Of a stretch of 64,000 nt of DNA, positions 9,222 through 21,272 are shown one piece after another (positions within the stretch are counted from its first letter, which is position 1; every line of letters begins with the position of its first letter). The stretch is taken from assembly GCA_023920165.1 (NCBI GenBank), contig CP089279.1, positions 930,001 to 994,000 of the forward strand, read 5' to 3'. The translations under genes were made by a program, and so were the position numbers. The notes below the pieces were generated by a model that had not been told where the DNA came from, ran no database searches, and saw only the letters and a list, made by a program, of their open reading frames with translations. The DNA is from Curvularia clavata (taxonomy: Eukaryota).

Positions 9222-11457
9222 ATTGTCCTGTGCTGGGCGTCTAGGTGCGATAGGTGGATGATGACTTCCAAGGCATTGCAGAGTCGAAAGACCATCTGCT
9301 CGCTCATGTAAAAGAATCGATCAACATGAATCTTTACGGCCAACTCGTGCTGCCTCTTTCTCTATTGCAATCTGCAGATCGTCGACAAATGATTGAGCTG
9401 ACACTGAAACACATCTGTGAGTGCTAGGAAAGCAACTCACTTGAGACTTTCTCTGTTCCGAGACAGTTATGCGGACCACTCCGAGTTGGTGATGGGCATT
9501 GCCGGTTTCCCGAGATAAGACTGTCCAGTAATACTCGAGCTGAAGAGGATCCATGTCATTGTTCTGGTCTTGTATACCCTAGCGTGCTCAAATAATGTGT
9601 TGAGCATGGTCCTGGATATCGCCAAGCACCATTTGGGACAAGAAGACATCCAAATCGGGAGGCGCTTCAAGAGCTTTGACAGTCAGGAAGTATGCGGTCT
9701 CGCAGTTTGAACTAACTACGTGACCAGTACTCCCATTCTAGTGTCTTCGATCCCTTTTCCAGGAAACTTTTCCTTTCAGAGTAGGTCTCCTTCCGAATCC
9801 AGCACTGTCTGACTGTTGTGGTGGGCCCATTGACAATGAGGTGAGCCACAATAAGCATATCTTCTAGCAGGCGATCATTCAAAGCTTGGTATTGTATGTC
9901 CAATGAAGACTAAGAGTAGCCCTGAGAGGATGTTGGAATTGCATCATCGTGTTGTAGCTTGTGACACACTAACCTGCCAGTGTGGAGGAAAGATCTCTCT
10001 GACGTTGGACTGCTGACGCCCGCTCTCAGCCTCACGATCACTGTCCCCTTTGCAAGGCTAACATGAGCTAGTAGGGATTGTAGTCGTGATCACAACTGTG
10101 GCTAGTAAGACGATCAATCTTCGTTCATCTTGGACAGAAAATTTCCTATTGTACAGCATATTATGGCCACGCGCTTGTCACAGCACACATGGAAATTTCA
10201 GAAAATAGTCCATCTTTACACGGCCATGTGAACAACTTTAGATCGACCATCAATTCAGAGGCAACAGCAGTGAAGTTGAAGTTCACGTTGCTGAGCCACA
10301 CGCTAAACTAGCCGCTGTGCGGCTGTTCCGACATGTTCCCGAATTTGTTCGCTTGGACCGTCAGCATCTACCATCAGCCTCAACCTCAGCCTCAAACCAA
10401 CTTCCTAGATTTAGTTACTGATCATGACATCAACTCTTCCAAGTATACGCCGGAAACTTGACTTTCCGAGCATGTATCGCACTGTCCGATTCATCTGCGC
10501 CTGGTTCACTAATACAACAATCTCAAACAAGCACCTTCAGCTCGTACTCATTGTCATTTGCACTGGTCTGTAAGGTTTCGCTTACTCAATACGCGCTCTT
10601 CTCCGAACCGTTTTGACAGGGATTGTGAGACCTTTGAAGGCCCTTACAGCCAATAAGGTTCATTTTGTACCCAGCTATTATGATATGTCAAGCAAAGAAC
10701 GAATGAGCAATCAGTCCATGTTCCTGGCGTCTGATTTACGAGTACCGAATCCACGGACCCATCATGACACCGCATGAGCTTAGATCTGCCGGCCCGCTGG
10801 GCATCGAGTCATGCCATCCTTGCTCAAAGTCCACAATCTGACGATAGCATCTGTGTTTGACCTGGAAAACGGCCCGTTCACAAAAACTGATTACTCTAAG
10901 ATTTTCTCCCGGATGGTGGTGATTTCTTCGATCCCAAGCCACGGGTGCTTCTCACGCCGATGGCTTTGACCATGTCTCTTCCCTACGGGAGTTGAAATCT
11001 TACCTGATCCTTCCACCTTGAGCCTTGCCCAGCTGGCTTCATCATTCAAGCTCTGACCTCTAAGAACGCCGTACGGCTTCATGACCGAACGGCTTGGCCG
11101 AACGGGCTATGTCTTTGCGTTCGACTTTGTAGAATTTCCTCTTCCATCTTGTTTGAGCTGAACTTCTACACAGCAGGGCCCAAGCCTTAGGCGTCATCCT
11201 TTGGAAGGCAGCAAAATGGAAGTCCATATAATGAGGTTCTTTTCCCATGCTAAATAAACCATTCGACACAATAACAAGATCACACGAGCCCTATACTTCA
11301 TTCCATAGCATCTGAGAAACTCCTAACGCGACCGCTTGTTCGATCTTTGTTCTTTTAGCATTGCATGCAAAAGTACTTAAACGGTTCAAAAGGCTATATA
11401 CTTCAAGATTTTAGCAGCCCTCCAGCCCGCAAATACCGCATATCAAGTTTCATCGCA

Positions 11458-12362
11458 ATGGCTTCAGCTCGAAGAATCACAATCGTACGTTTTTAGCCTC
11501 ACTGGCCCTCGTCACGCAGTGTACTTTGCTGGATTTCTCCGCCACACGCCTCTAACAAAACGTAGGCAGAAAAGGATAAATACATCCAAGCGCTGCGAAC
11601 CCACCAGATCAACACTATCGTCGAACTCCGCCGCATTGAGCAAGCATTTGCAGTTCTCGGAACCCCAGACTGCAGCGAGTCCATGACACAAGCATGTAAG
11701 CCCATAACCATCCACATCTTGATATGGAGAAAACGCTGACATTTTATTCCTGATAAAAGGGTCTTACTACGTTGATTCCCACGGTCTACTCACGGAGCTA
11801 CGTGGACTGACTCGAAACTATCCATTTAGGTAAGTCACTTCTTTGTCCGTTATAACCAACCTCGAGAAAAGCATGGGTTTAGGTACTTGAAAATAGCAGC
11901 GGAAGAAAAAGAAAAGGCCGCTAGCCATGTTCAACCCGCTAACCAAACGACCAAAACAACAGCTCCGACTGCCTCGACGAAGCCAAACGCCGCGTCTATA
12001 CCGACCCCGCCAGCAACCGCTCCTGGAACCTATGCTGGCTCGTACTGAGCAAGATACAGAATGAGTATGCTTCTCTTGTCTTTCCTTTCACTCCCACAAC
12101 TCCTTTACGCTAGTCCCTGATCTATTCTCCTTCCTCTTTGACCATCCATTATAAGAAAATGCGAACGTCTTTTCCTAACAGCGGTTAAAACAGTCAACTC
12201 CTTCCGTACTATGCTCGCTACCAAGCCTCCCAGCCTGCCATGTGGGCAGGACATACGCCGACGTCGGAGCAGATCACACAGCTGACCCAAGCATTTGTGA
12301 ATGAGTGGAATTGGGCAGTAGCGCAAATGCTGAGGCATTGGGTACAGCCGCCGGTGAGGTGA
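11458..12362 (+). CDS. Hypothetical 165-aa protein, five exons (11458-11484, 11566-11695, 11760-11829, 11963-12064, 12194-12362)
   Basis: Four introns with canonical donors and branch points (one AAG acceptor) join into a stop-free 498-nt CDS: MASARRITIAEKDKYIQALRTHQINTIVELRRIEQAFAVLGTPDCSESMTQAWSYYVDSHGLLTELRGLTRNYPFSSDCLDEAKRRVYTDPASNRSWNLCWLVLSKIQND...WNWAVAQMLRHWVQPPVR*. Confidence 0.8.
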
Positions 12363-15300
12363 GGTGAGGCGAGGGTGGTTTTGGAGATGTAGGGTACGAA
12401 TGGGTGAATTGGGAGTTTGGAAAGTTGGGAGATTGGGATTTGGATGGGGTATCCATGGGGGTTTGGGAGTTAGGGAAGGCGTTGATAGGGAATGAATGTG
12501 GGACGTAGCAGTGGTGTTGGTGATGGGGCGTTCTTGATGTGCTTTTCTCGGGATTTCCTTTTTATCTTATAGAGGTTTTGGCGCTGGGTCTGCAATCTGC
12601 TATTCAATCAAGATACTAGATATTAGAAACTGGTTTTCTCTAAAGTTACTTTTGGACTTTGACTTGAGCTCATCATCATTTCCCGCCTCTTATGATTATC
12701 TCGGTGCTTTGTCTCTGAGAGAAAGGATCGACAGGATACTTTATTAAGGCAATTTAGTACTTTCTTCTATCGTTTCTCTTCGATCTTATCGTCGACAGTC
12801 CACCAAAAGTATTTTGATATGATTCATACTATGCTACGGTACTAGACAACTGCACCAACCATCTGTTGTTCCTCTCCCCACGCTCAGTCCACGGACCACA
12901 AAAAGATCGTTGCCACGATCCGTGCGGCGCGATCCTTATCAACTGCTCTAAAGTCCCAAGCATTCAACACTAGTCTCGGCAGCAGCGCATCACTCCACCG
13001 TCGGGAAGTCATACCACCTTTGACCATCTACCCGCTCCTGTAGCCTGGCCTCAACCCCCGTCTACTAACTGCATGCAAGGGAAATCTCACATCGCTCTCT
13101 TATTTCCGACCCTGTTTCCTGCCCAACTCATGTGTGGTCTGCGTGATCTCAGTGCAGGTGCGGTCATATCCGCCCTCCCATGTTTCTGCCTGATCATGTG
13201 GCACATGCACGTCATTCTACGCCTCTCATGCACACGCATATATACCCCACGCCGATAATCGTTGGAGCTGTTGGGGTTAAATGGCGTTTACGCACGCCTT
13301 GCGCCATAAGCTGCAAGTCACGCACTCAACTCGGAGTCGTCGCTCGGCCGCGGCTCCCGCCAACCGGTGAGACATGGGGGTCGTGTCTGTTGGGGTAGTC
13401 TTGTTCTTTTCTCGGGCATTAATGGGAATTGCAGGTGAGAGGCTTTGCTTACTCCCACCTCTTTTTGGGTTCTTTCGACCCCTCATTTAGCCGCGAAGGA
13501 GAGGCTCGCTTGGCAGAGGGTACATGTCCCAGCAATATGGGCGGCTGGCCCTTGTTCATTTGCCTGGGGTATGTGGTCTAGTAAAGACGTTTTAGGTTAT
13601 AGAGTTTATCGATGTGGACAGTGAAATCCGAATTCGTCCAGCGATTATTTGTGGGAATTCTTGGCAGTGACATGTCGAGTCCAATTGATGGGACGACCTC
13701 AAAAATGACGTTGGAGTCTGTGGGGCATGCCCTGGAGTTACAGAAGTGGAAATTTCTCGCAAATGTACATACTGTAGACAGGGGAGGGACAGTCGGGCCT
13801 GAACAGGTAGAATATCAGATAACTTGCATAAGCTTAGTGCTTTAGGCCTTGTACTAGAGATTACATGCCACGTTTTGAGGGATGATGGAATGGCTTACGG
13901 TGGTAAGCCTAGCGCCGTCAGAACATACGACCGCGCCACAGATTTTCCATGCAGGCACAGGCCTATAACAGCCTTCGCCAAATCGAAAATGTCGCTCCTT
14001 CGTGCTTTGCAATCGAATTGGCGGAGTTGTGTCTGTGCGGACTCAAGATGACCTGCACTTGAGCAACGACAATAATACGAGCACACATTGTGGTTAGAGT
14101 CTCTGCAGTGAGCATTATAGTTCTATGCTCGTGATCGTATATGTGCTCATCCATGAGAAGCATGCGAAGCCTGGCAGTGTTCTAGAGTAGTGACTGTGCA
14201 TAGTTATTCGGATTCCAATACGGACATCAGCCACCGTCAGTCTTATTTGACACGTGTACATACACTGTTGCCTATCTCTCTGCCACACCGAACAAGCTTT
14301 TCTAGTTCATCCTGACTTTCCTGGACAAAATCAAGATGGACCAGATGAAGTAGCGGTCAGTGGATCTTGACACTTGTTCTTCTTTCACTCATATCACCTA
14401 AGATTGGGATAGGCACAGAAAACCCCTGCTGTCTAGTTCGTCTGATGGTACTGTTTCCGGGATCACGAAGCAGTGATTACGGCCGTTAGCTGCTCGGTTG
14501 ATGAATCCTTTCCATATGCAAGGTTTCCAGTCTGGTGGAGTCGGTATGCAGCTGAAACAAGGTAGCTAAAAAAAATTCAAATTCGCAGGCATGTAATTAA
14601 CGCGCAAGCCGAGATGAGCGCAGGTGTTGAGAAAGTCCAGAACTTCGAGCCCCTGAGCCAAAATCGTGTCAATGCAATAAAAGCAGAATTTCTGGGCCCA
14701 TACTCGCAGTTACGCAGGCTTTAGTTCCACTGAGAATCAGGGTGGAGGCATGTGTCTATGTAGTATAAGCAAGTATCTCCGTATACAGACCACTAATGAT
14801 ATTCACTCTCAGCTGCTGCGTTGTATGGGTCGTAAACTCTATGCAGGCGGGGATGCCAGGCTGGGTCTGGGTATTGGTACTAAGCCATACAGCATGTCAG
14901 GGTATACACTTGGTAGAGGGCCTCGAGCCTGCAGATCTGAAAAGCATCCTGGGAGCAGCACGAGCATTTTCCCCACGGAGTCTTGGGACGGGAGAGCGAT
15001 AAGTGGCAGGCCATACTATTTTGAAGCGTTCCCACAGGACGGCAGTCGAGGGCAGTTCCCCTAGTCCGCCCATGACTAATGTCACACGTTGCAGCCCCGG
15101 TATGCGTGTGACGTGCATTAGAGAATCGCTTACCGGACCGTGGGGCGCGCTGATAGGTGGGCATGGCGAAACTGTCGCGGATGTGGACAAGAAGCCGCCG
15201 GCTTGGATTCTAACCCAACTCCTCTCTTTGTTTTTGCATGGCACATCGCGGCTGCTTCCCAGTGGCGCTTTACGCAGTGGCGGCGGTGGCGGATGGGCGC

Positions 15301-18300
15301 TGGGTGGATGAATGTGAGTAATTGTTTTTGGCACCCCTGTCCTACCCTCGCGTTTCACTCCAGGATTCGCTCACCGATCAGCTCAAGCCGCGTCGTGGGA
15401 GCTCCTGGAAAACAGACGTCCTCTGCCAGAACGCCGGGTTGCCACGATCATCGTTGTCGGCGCCACTCTCTATACACACTGTATCCATCAGTCAAGCCCG
15501 AAGGATTTCGGCGTGTATTCACAGACGCGCCTCGGCAGAGGGACTAGGTAGTCTGGTATACCGAAGTAGCAGATACCAATCGACCGGCTCAATCGTTCCT
15601 TATTCTTTTCTGATGGAGTTTCACTACTATGCTAACCACCAAGAGCATGTCGCTTTGTGGGTACGCAACCGACAGTAATGCATTGTGGAGCTCGGTTTTC
15701 TTCCCATGTTGCATCATCTCCTACAAATCGGGCTTGAATTTCAGATCACGATGCAAGGCGGAAACAAAGGCCGCCTCGACTTCAGCCATACGGTCGTCAA
15801 CACGGCAGAGAACTCATGAAGCAACAGTGCTATCACCTTTATCGAAGTGGGCGATCTTGGCCGATCCAGGCGCGAAGTCCCAGGCGCGCAATTCACCTCT
15901 TTGGAGTAACTTCGCCGATTACACGCGAACTCGGGCTTCGGCCAATTCTTACGCGCATATTCCTCTTGGCCCGCGATCACAGATGAACCGACAGACAGTC
16001 TATGGACAGTGCTGATTCGAGGCCGCACCTCACAAGAAGAAAAGAAATAACTAACTTTCGACTGGGCTAGTATTGCGGATATCACGCTGAACACTATTGC
16101 GCCAGGAAATTCTTGCTGTTATCATGGTGTTCCAAAGATCGAATAGCTACTTCTGGGTCCGGGGCGCCACCAAAGCTCTAGTAATTTGCCTCGCCATCAT
16201 TCTGTCCGCCAACGATGGGATAAGCCGCTTGGTTTCTTTGTGCGGACTGATCATGTAAAATGTGCACCCACCGCCCAACTTGGCTACACATCCGCTCCTT
16301 GGACTTGCTCGATTCCATACGTGCTTGTTTGCCGACTTATCCTGAGCTGCTGTAGCCTACTCTAGTGAGAGGGTCGGTTGGAGTCATGCAAGTAATGTGC
16401 TTTAACAGGAGCCGTAAGGCTGAGGATGAAAACGACCGTGTGCGTAGTGGCGAGCCAGTCGCCGTGCAGTGCAGGTCATGATGGCCTGTCTAGCTGCATC
16501 CTCATGCAAGAAACCATGTTCGCTACAACACTCTGTGTGGATGTCCAGCTGATCATTCATGCAGTGCTGAAGCGATATGCAGCCGGCTCTCCGTTGATGA
16601 GGCGTGTCATGAGGCTATGGTGTGGGCGCTGCCCTAGCCATGCATGGTGGAGTAGGCTCTGCTCGAGACGTTTTAGCCTTGGAACGTATGATTGTGACAA
16701 GCGAACGGGCCGGTAGCAAACCTAACCGTCCCGTATCAGTCAAAACGAAGTTGCGTTTGGCGGTGAGCTGCATGTTGATGCACAGTCACATCGCAGCAAG
16801 TTTCCGCATTCGCTGTAGCGGTCATCGCATCCGTTGATAGTGGATTGGCGTTGGATACTGGCGAGACGGAGCCGCTCCCATGGCTCTCCAGGATTCTCAC
16901 GCGAAGCAGCTTGTGTTCACCGGAAAAACATTGCTTGTGCGAGGCGCGACGATGGCACCGTGAGCTGGCACGGCAAAGAGTGTGAAGGAGGGAGGGGCAG
17001 AAGAACCGCTATAGGATTAACTGGAGCACACCAATCGGATTGCGTCCGCTCCAGCGAGCTGAAGAGTCGGCGGCTCATTTTGAGCATTAAGCCCAATGAT
17101 TCCTTGCGTACGTAACCCCTGGTAGCTCTGCAGCTCAACGGGGTCGCAGATGGGCGCATCCGAAGCATCTTGCAGAGAGATGCCTGGCACGGGCCAGGAC
17201 TTCTCATGCAGTCCGGAGGCACATCATCACGTTATCGTCTTTTGAGTAAGTCTCGGCAAACCGATGGCTGTGGGAAGAGATGCTCATTGGGGGGGTGCTG
17301 GTCCGCCAACATGCCGCTGTTCATGTAACACCAAGGAGCTTCCTCGGCAGCCATGGACGTTGGCAAGCGTAGCGAGCTTCTGCAAACGAGAAAAAAAAAC
17401 GTACAACAAGCCTCTGATCAGCTTTTGCTAGCATGTTCTAATCACATGCTGACAGTTACCCACTTGATACTGGAAAAATCAGGTCCCGTGAAAGTATGGG
17501 ACTTACCGTATGATTATAACTGCGTGCGAAGGATTAAAGCAAAATAGGCAGCGGTAAGCGCGGTCATATGAGGCTTACGCGACTGAGATCGCACCTATTT
17601 TTGCGATCCGCGGTGTTCCTAGAAGAGGCTTTCTAAGTACCGAAATTGAATCTTCGATGGCTCGCGGTCATTGTCCAATTAGAGGCATTGGCTCCCACCA
17701 AGAAAGATGTTCACCAGCCCGTGTGTCTTTGGAAACCCTTTAATTAGTACAAGACGCCTCGTCCTACAGCGGAACCAGGGTGGCAAACACGAAGCCACAT
17801 GGCTTCCCGAAGGAAGCCTTGCCGCAAGCGAGAGCAAGTCACTGCAGCAGGGAGACGTTGGTCAAGGGCAGGCGACCACTTGTCTCCATATGGCAAGGCC
17901 TCGATACATCCCGCTGCCTTTACCATAATACTGGACCCGAGTACTAGGGGTTTGTTTGAGTATTTTCTTTCTTTGCCACATCTGACCTGCAGGCATTAGC
18001 ATGACAGGCGTCGTCAGGTCACAAGCAATCCCAGAAAGAAACTGATGGGGTTCTTTCTGGTCGCACGAGCCTAGTCAGAAGGTGTGTTGGCGCTGATTCA
18101 ATGAACTGGCGGGCTCAATCTAATGTAAGCCTTGCCTTGACAAGTGCGGGCCTGTCAGCTCTAAATTCACACACACCGGCACTCCGCAGGACCCTGCACA
18201 GCTTGACCAGGGCAATTAGCTATCACTGGATAACTATTTGGAAGGTCATCTTCGATCAATGACAGACAGGTATAAGAAGACCCTTCGTAGCCACACTCTT

Positions 18301-18453
18301 GAATTGCAACACAACCATACAAACCTGTTTTACCAAAGGTACTAACACTTCGGCCAATCTCTCGGTGCCAAGCATTCGCCATCAGACTACACCTACACAG
18401 AGTCTGTCTTGTGTACAAACACCCTGGTCTCCTTAGAACTGTCTCTTCCGACC

Positions 18454-20106
18454 ATGCTGTCGCCACCTCTCAGTGCGAGGTCCTCCTCTGAGAGCCTACG
18501 CAGCAACACTTCGTCGATCCTCAGTTCGCCGGATAGGCTTCCTCCTCCGGTAACTGGCCCTATGGTATGGGAAGGAAAGGCGCTTGACCCAGCCGAATAC
18601 GTGGTAAACCTCAGTGACGGCGAAATCCGAGATATCAGAGCCGCCATTATCAAATTCAAGCGTGAGTCAACCACAAGCAGCCACGCACATGTAAATACGA
18701 ACTAAGTTTTTCCGTCTTAGTCACTGGACTCCCACGCAGCGATATCAACGTAGACACCTTTGATCTTGGCAACGCCCAATTAGCAAGCAAGCTAGCATCG
18801 TTGAGCGAACGTATCCACCGAGGCCGAGGCGTTGTGGTATTACGAGGCCTAGACGCCGCCTACTTCAACGATGAGGAAGCAGTGATTGCGTTTGCAGGCG
18901 TATGCTCCTACATCTGTCCGGAGCGAGCCACGGATTCTTACGCCAATCAGACCCTCAGTCATGTGTTGGATGCGACTAAGAAGCCCGTGCCAGTGGAATG
19001 CAGGGGTATAGGGCTCGCGGGCTCAAAAGTCACGGATGCCATGGACTTCCATAGCGACCGGTTCTCCGGTGACGTGCTTGCTCTGTACGTCCGGAATGAT
19101 GGGGGGCCTAACGCTGGCGGCGAGCAGTTTGTCGTTAGTTTCGCCCGAATTTACAACGAGCTTTTGGAAACGGATCCAGAGGTTCTCGAGACACTGGCGG
19201 AGCCAAATTGGCCGTTTGAACTCAAGCAAAAGTGAGTTTATCTTTCCCTTTTTGGCGCAATGGGTAATCACTAGCCACCCTGTATATGCCCCTGCCTATA
19301 TCTCTCGTCTTTCCTTCTCTGTTTCTTCGGCCCCCACTATTCTACTTCCTCTTCTTGTACCAGCCTACTTCCGTCCCCCAATCTCCAACCAAGAAAAGCC
19401 CCCACCGCTCAGAAAGCAGACAAGTCTCCAAAACTCCATCGGAGATCGGTGGAGATTTCTCTCGTCATGCCACCCACTGCCCCCCCCCCTTCCCAACAAA
19501 ATCATCAAGAAAGCAAGAGTAAGACAACGGAAACATTCCGCTAACCACTTCGCGAATCAAAGAAACGGGGCGCCCTACCTTTCCCACGGCCCCATCCTCT
19601 TCTTCTCGCCCGGCACCAGCACCACAACGACGATGCCGATATGCCAACTCGTCAAAGCGCCTCTTCTTGGAACACCCAGTCTCCCTCGCGCCACGCACCT
19701 CCCCTGCCTGACCCCCCGCCAACAGTGTGCTCTAGCGCGCGTGGAACAGCTAGCCCGCAGATACAGCCACCAGCTGTCCCGCCGCCAAGGTGACATTCAA
19801 CTCGTCCACAACCTATCTGTGATGCACGCTCGGTCGGCATACCGTAGTTCGAGCGCCAACGTCGGTACGTTGCCAAATACAAACACGAATACGACTACGA
19901 CTACGACTGCTACGACGACAACGACAAAAGCGAGCTCCCGCCATCTCCTGCGCATGTTCCTGCGCGACCCCGCATACGCCTGGGACAAGCCAGTTCATGC
20001 TCGCCCCCACTTTGACGACCCTTTTGTCCCAGGCAGACCGCAGAATCTGCCTGTTCATGATACGGATCCATGGCGCATCATTAGTGGAAGGGAGAGCCAC
20101 GGTTAG
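18454..20106 (+). CDS. TauD/TfdA (clavaminate synthase-like) Fe(II)/2-oxoglutarate dioxygenase; exons 18454-18661, 18721-19231, 19563-20106
   Basis: VTGPMVWEG, GRGVVVLRGL, HxD motif (DFHSD), GDIQLVHNLSVMHAR distal His, RHLLRMFLRD. Confidence 0.85.
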
Positions 20107-21272
20107 ACACGCTCTCTGTCTCTCTCTCCTTCTCTCTCTATTTTCCCTTCCCTCTCCTTCCCACCTCCCCCTTTTTTTTCCCTTCCCTTTCCCTCTATCT
20201 GTTAATCCATGGGTGAAAAATATGCTCGGTGAGAGCACTTATCAAAACCATTTAATTTTGCTCAAAAGCAAGGAAAAAGAGAGAGAGAGAAGGAGAGAGA
20301 AGGAAAAAAAAACGGGGGCGGGCGCGTGCTGGAACTGCGGACTAAAGAGTAAGGAGCTAGCGGGGCTGGCTTTTTGGCTTCCCGCATGACGTGCAGGCCC
20401 TCGCCGAGGAGGGTAGGGAGGGCGGCTCGACTAGACGTTTTATTTCTCGGAGCGGCGAGGAAGAGGAAAAGAGAGTGGGAAGTGGGACGCGGGGCCAAAC
20501 GCTAGTGTCGACTGGGGGCTGGGCTGGCTGCGTGGCGCTCACGCAACGTCGTAGTCGTCGTAGTCGCTGTCGTAGTTGTCCGCGTGGTGGCTGCTGCAGC
20601 AGCAGCGGCAAAGGTAAGGGTGAGATGTGGTAATGTCCAGTTAGATTTTCTTGTTCAATCGTTTTCAGCTAGAGCAGAGGGGTCAGGAGGTGGAGGGGGC
20701 TTGCAACGATCATGCGATCTTTGCCTCTCCTCCCTGCCTTGAGTCTTCGTAGTTTTTTTTGCTTTTTCTCTCTTTTTTCTTTCCCATCACTCTCGCTCTC
20801 AACTCGGGGAAAAATGATTGGTCACAGGAAACGGCGTGTAGGGCGTGTATGTGCTAACGTCGGGTATGAGGTTTCACATTTTCATATCGCCCTCAGCAAC
20901 TTGTATTATTTTTCTTTCTTTTGGTCAAGTTTCTCTCGCTCCGCATTGACGCATTCGTTCGTTCTTTTCATTCTGTTCAAACTAGACTATATGGCTGCGA
21001 TAGACCCACAGAAATCATAGACCTCACAAATTACTTCAGTTAAGTGCTGTTTCCTCATTTCCCGTTGAATTGGCCCTCAGCAAATTAAAAAAAAAAATAA
21101 AAGCTCGGATCAACTTGCCCCGATAATCTCGTTCTGTTGTTAGGCAGCGGGGCTTTGTTAGACGTAGTTGTAAAGGCGATTCATGCTCCTCGTCGGTACA
21201 TGACTGGGTATCAAAAAAAAATAAATGGGGTCGGAATGACTCGAGCGCGCGGACATGGAAAGGGAGCTACGC

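Noticed and set aside
11830..11962. Internal TAG|GTACTT suggesting recursive splicing or a twin intron
   Set aside because: The internal donor lacks +5 G and the upstream branch point (TATAAC) is poor; a single intron explains the sequence.
13923..13935. ACATACGACC resembling the 5' end of fungal 5S rRNA
   Set aside because: Similarity stops after 10 nt.
19891..20580. (ACGACT)n in the TauD exon and a complementary (AGTCGT)n downstream as an inverted repeat
   Set aside because: Both are low-complexity microsatellites with imperfect matching and no flanking identity.
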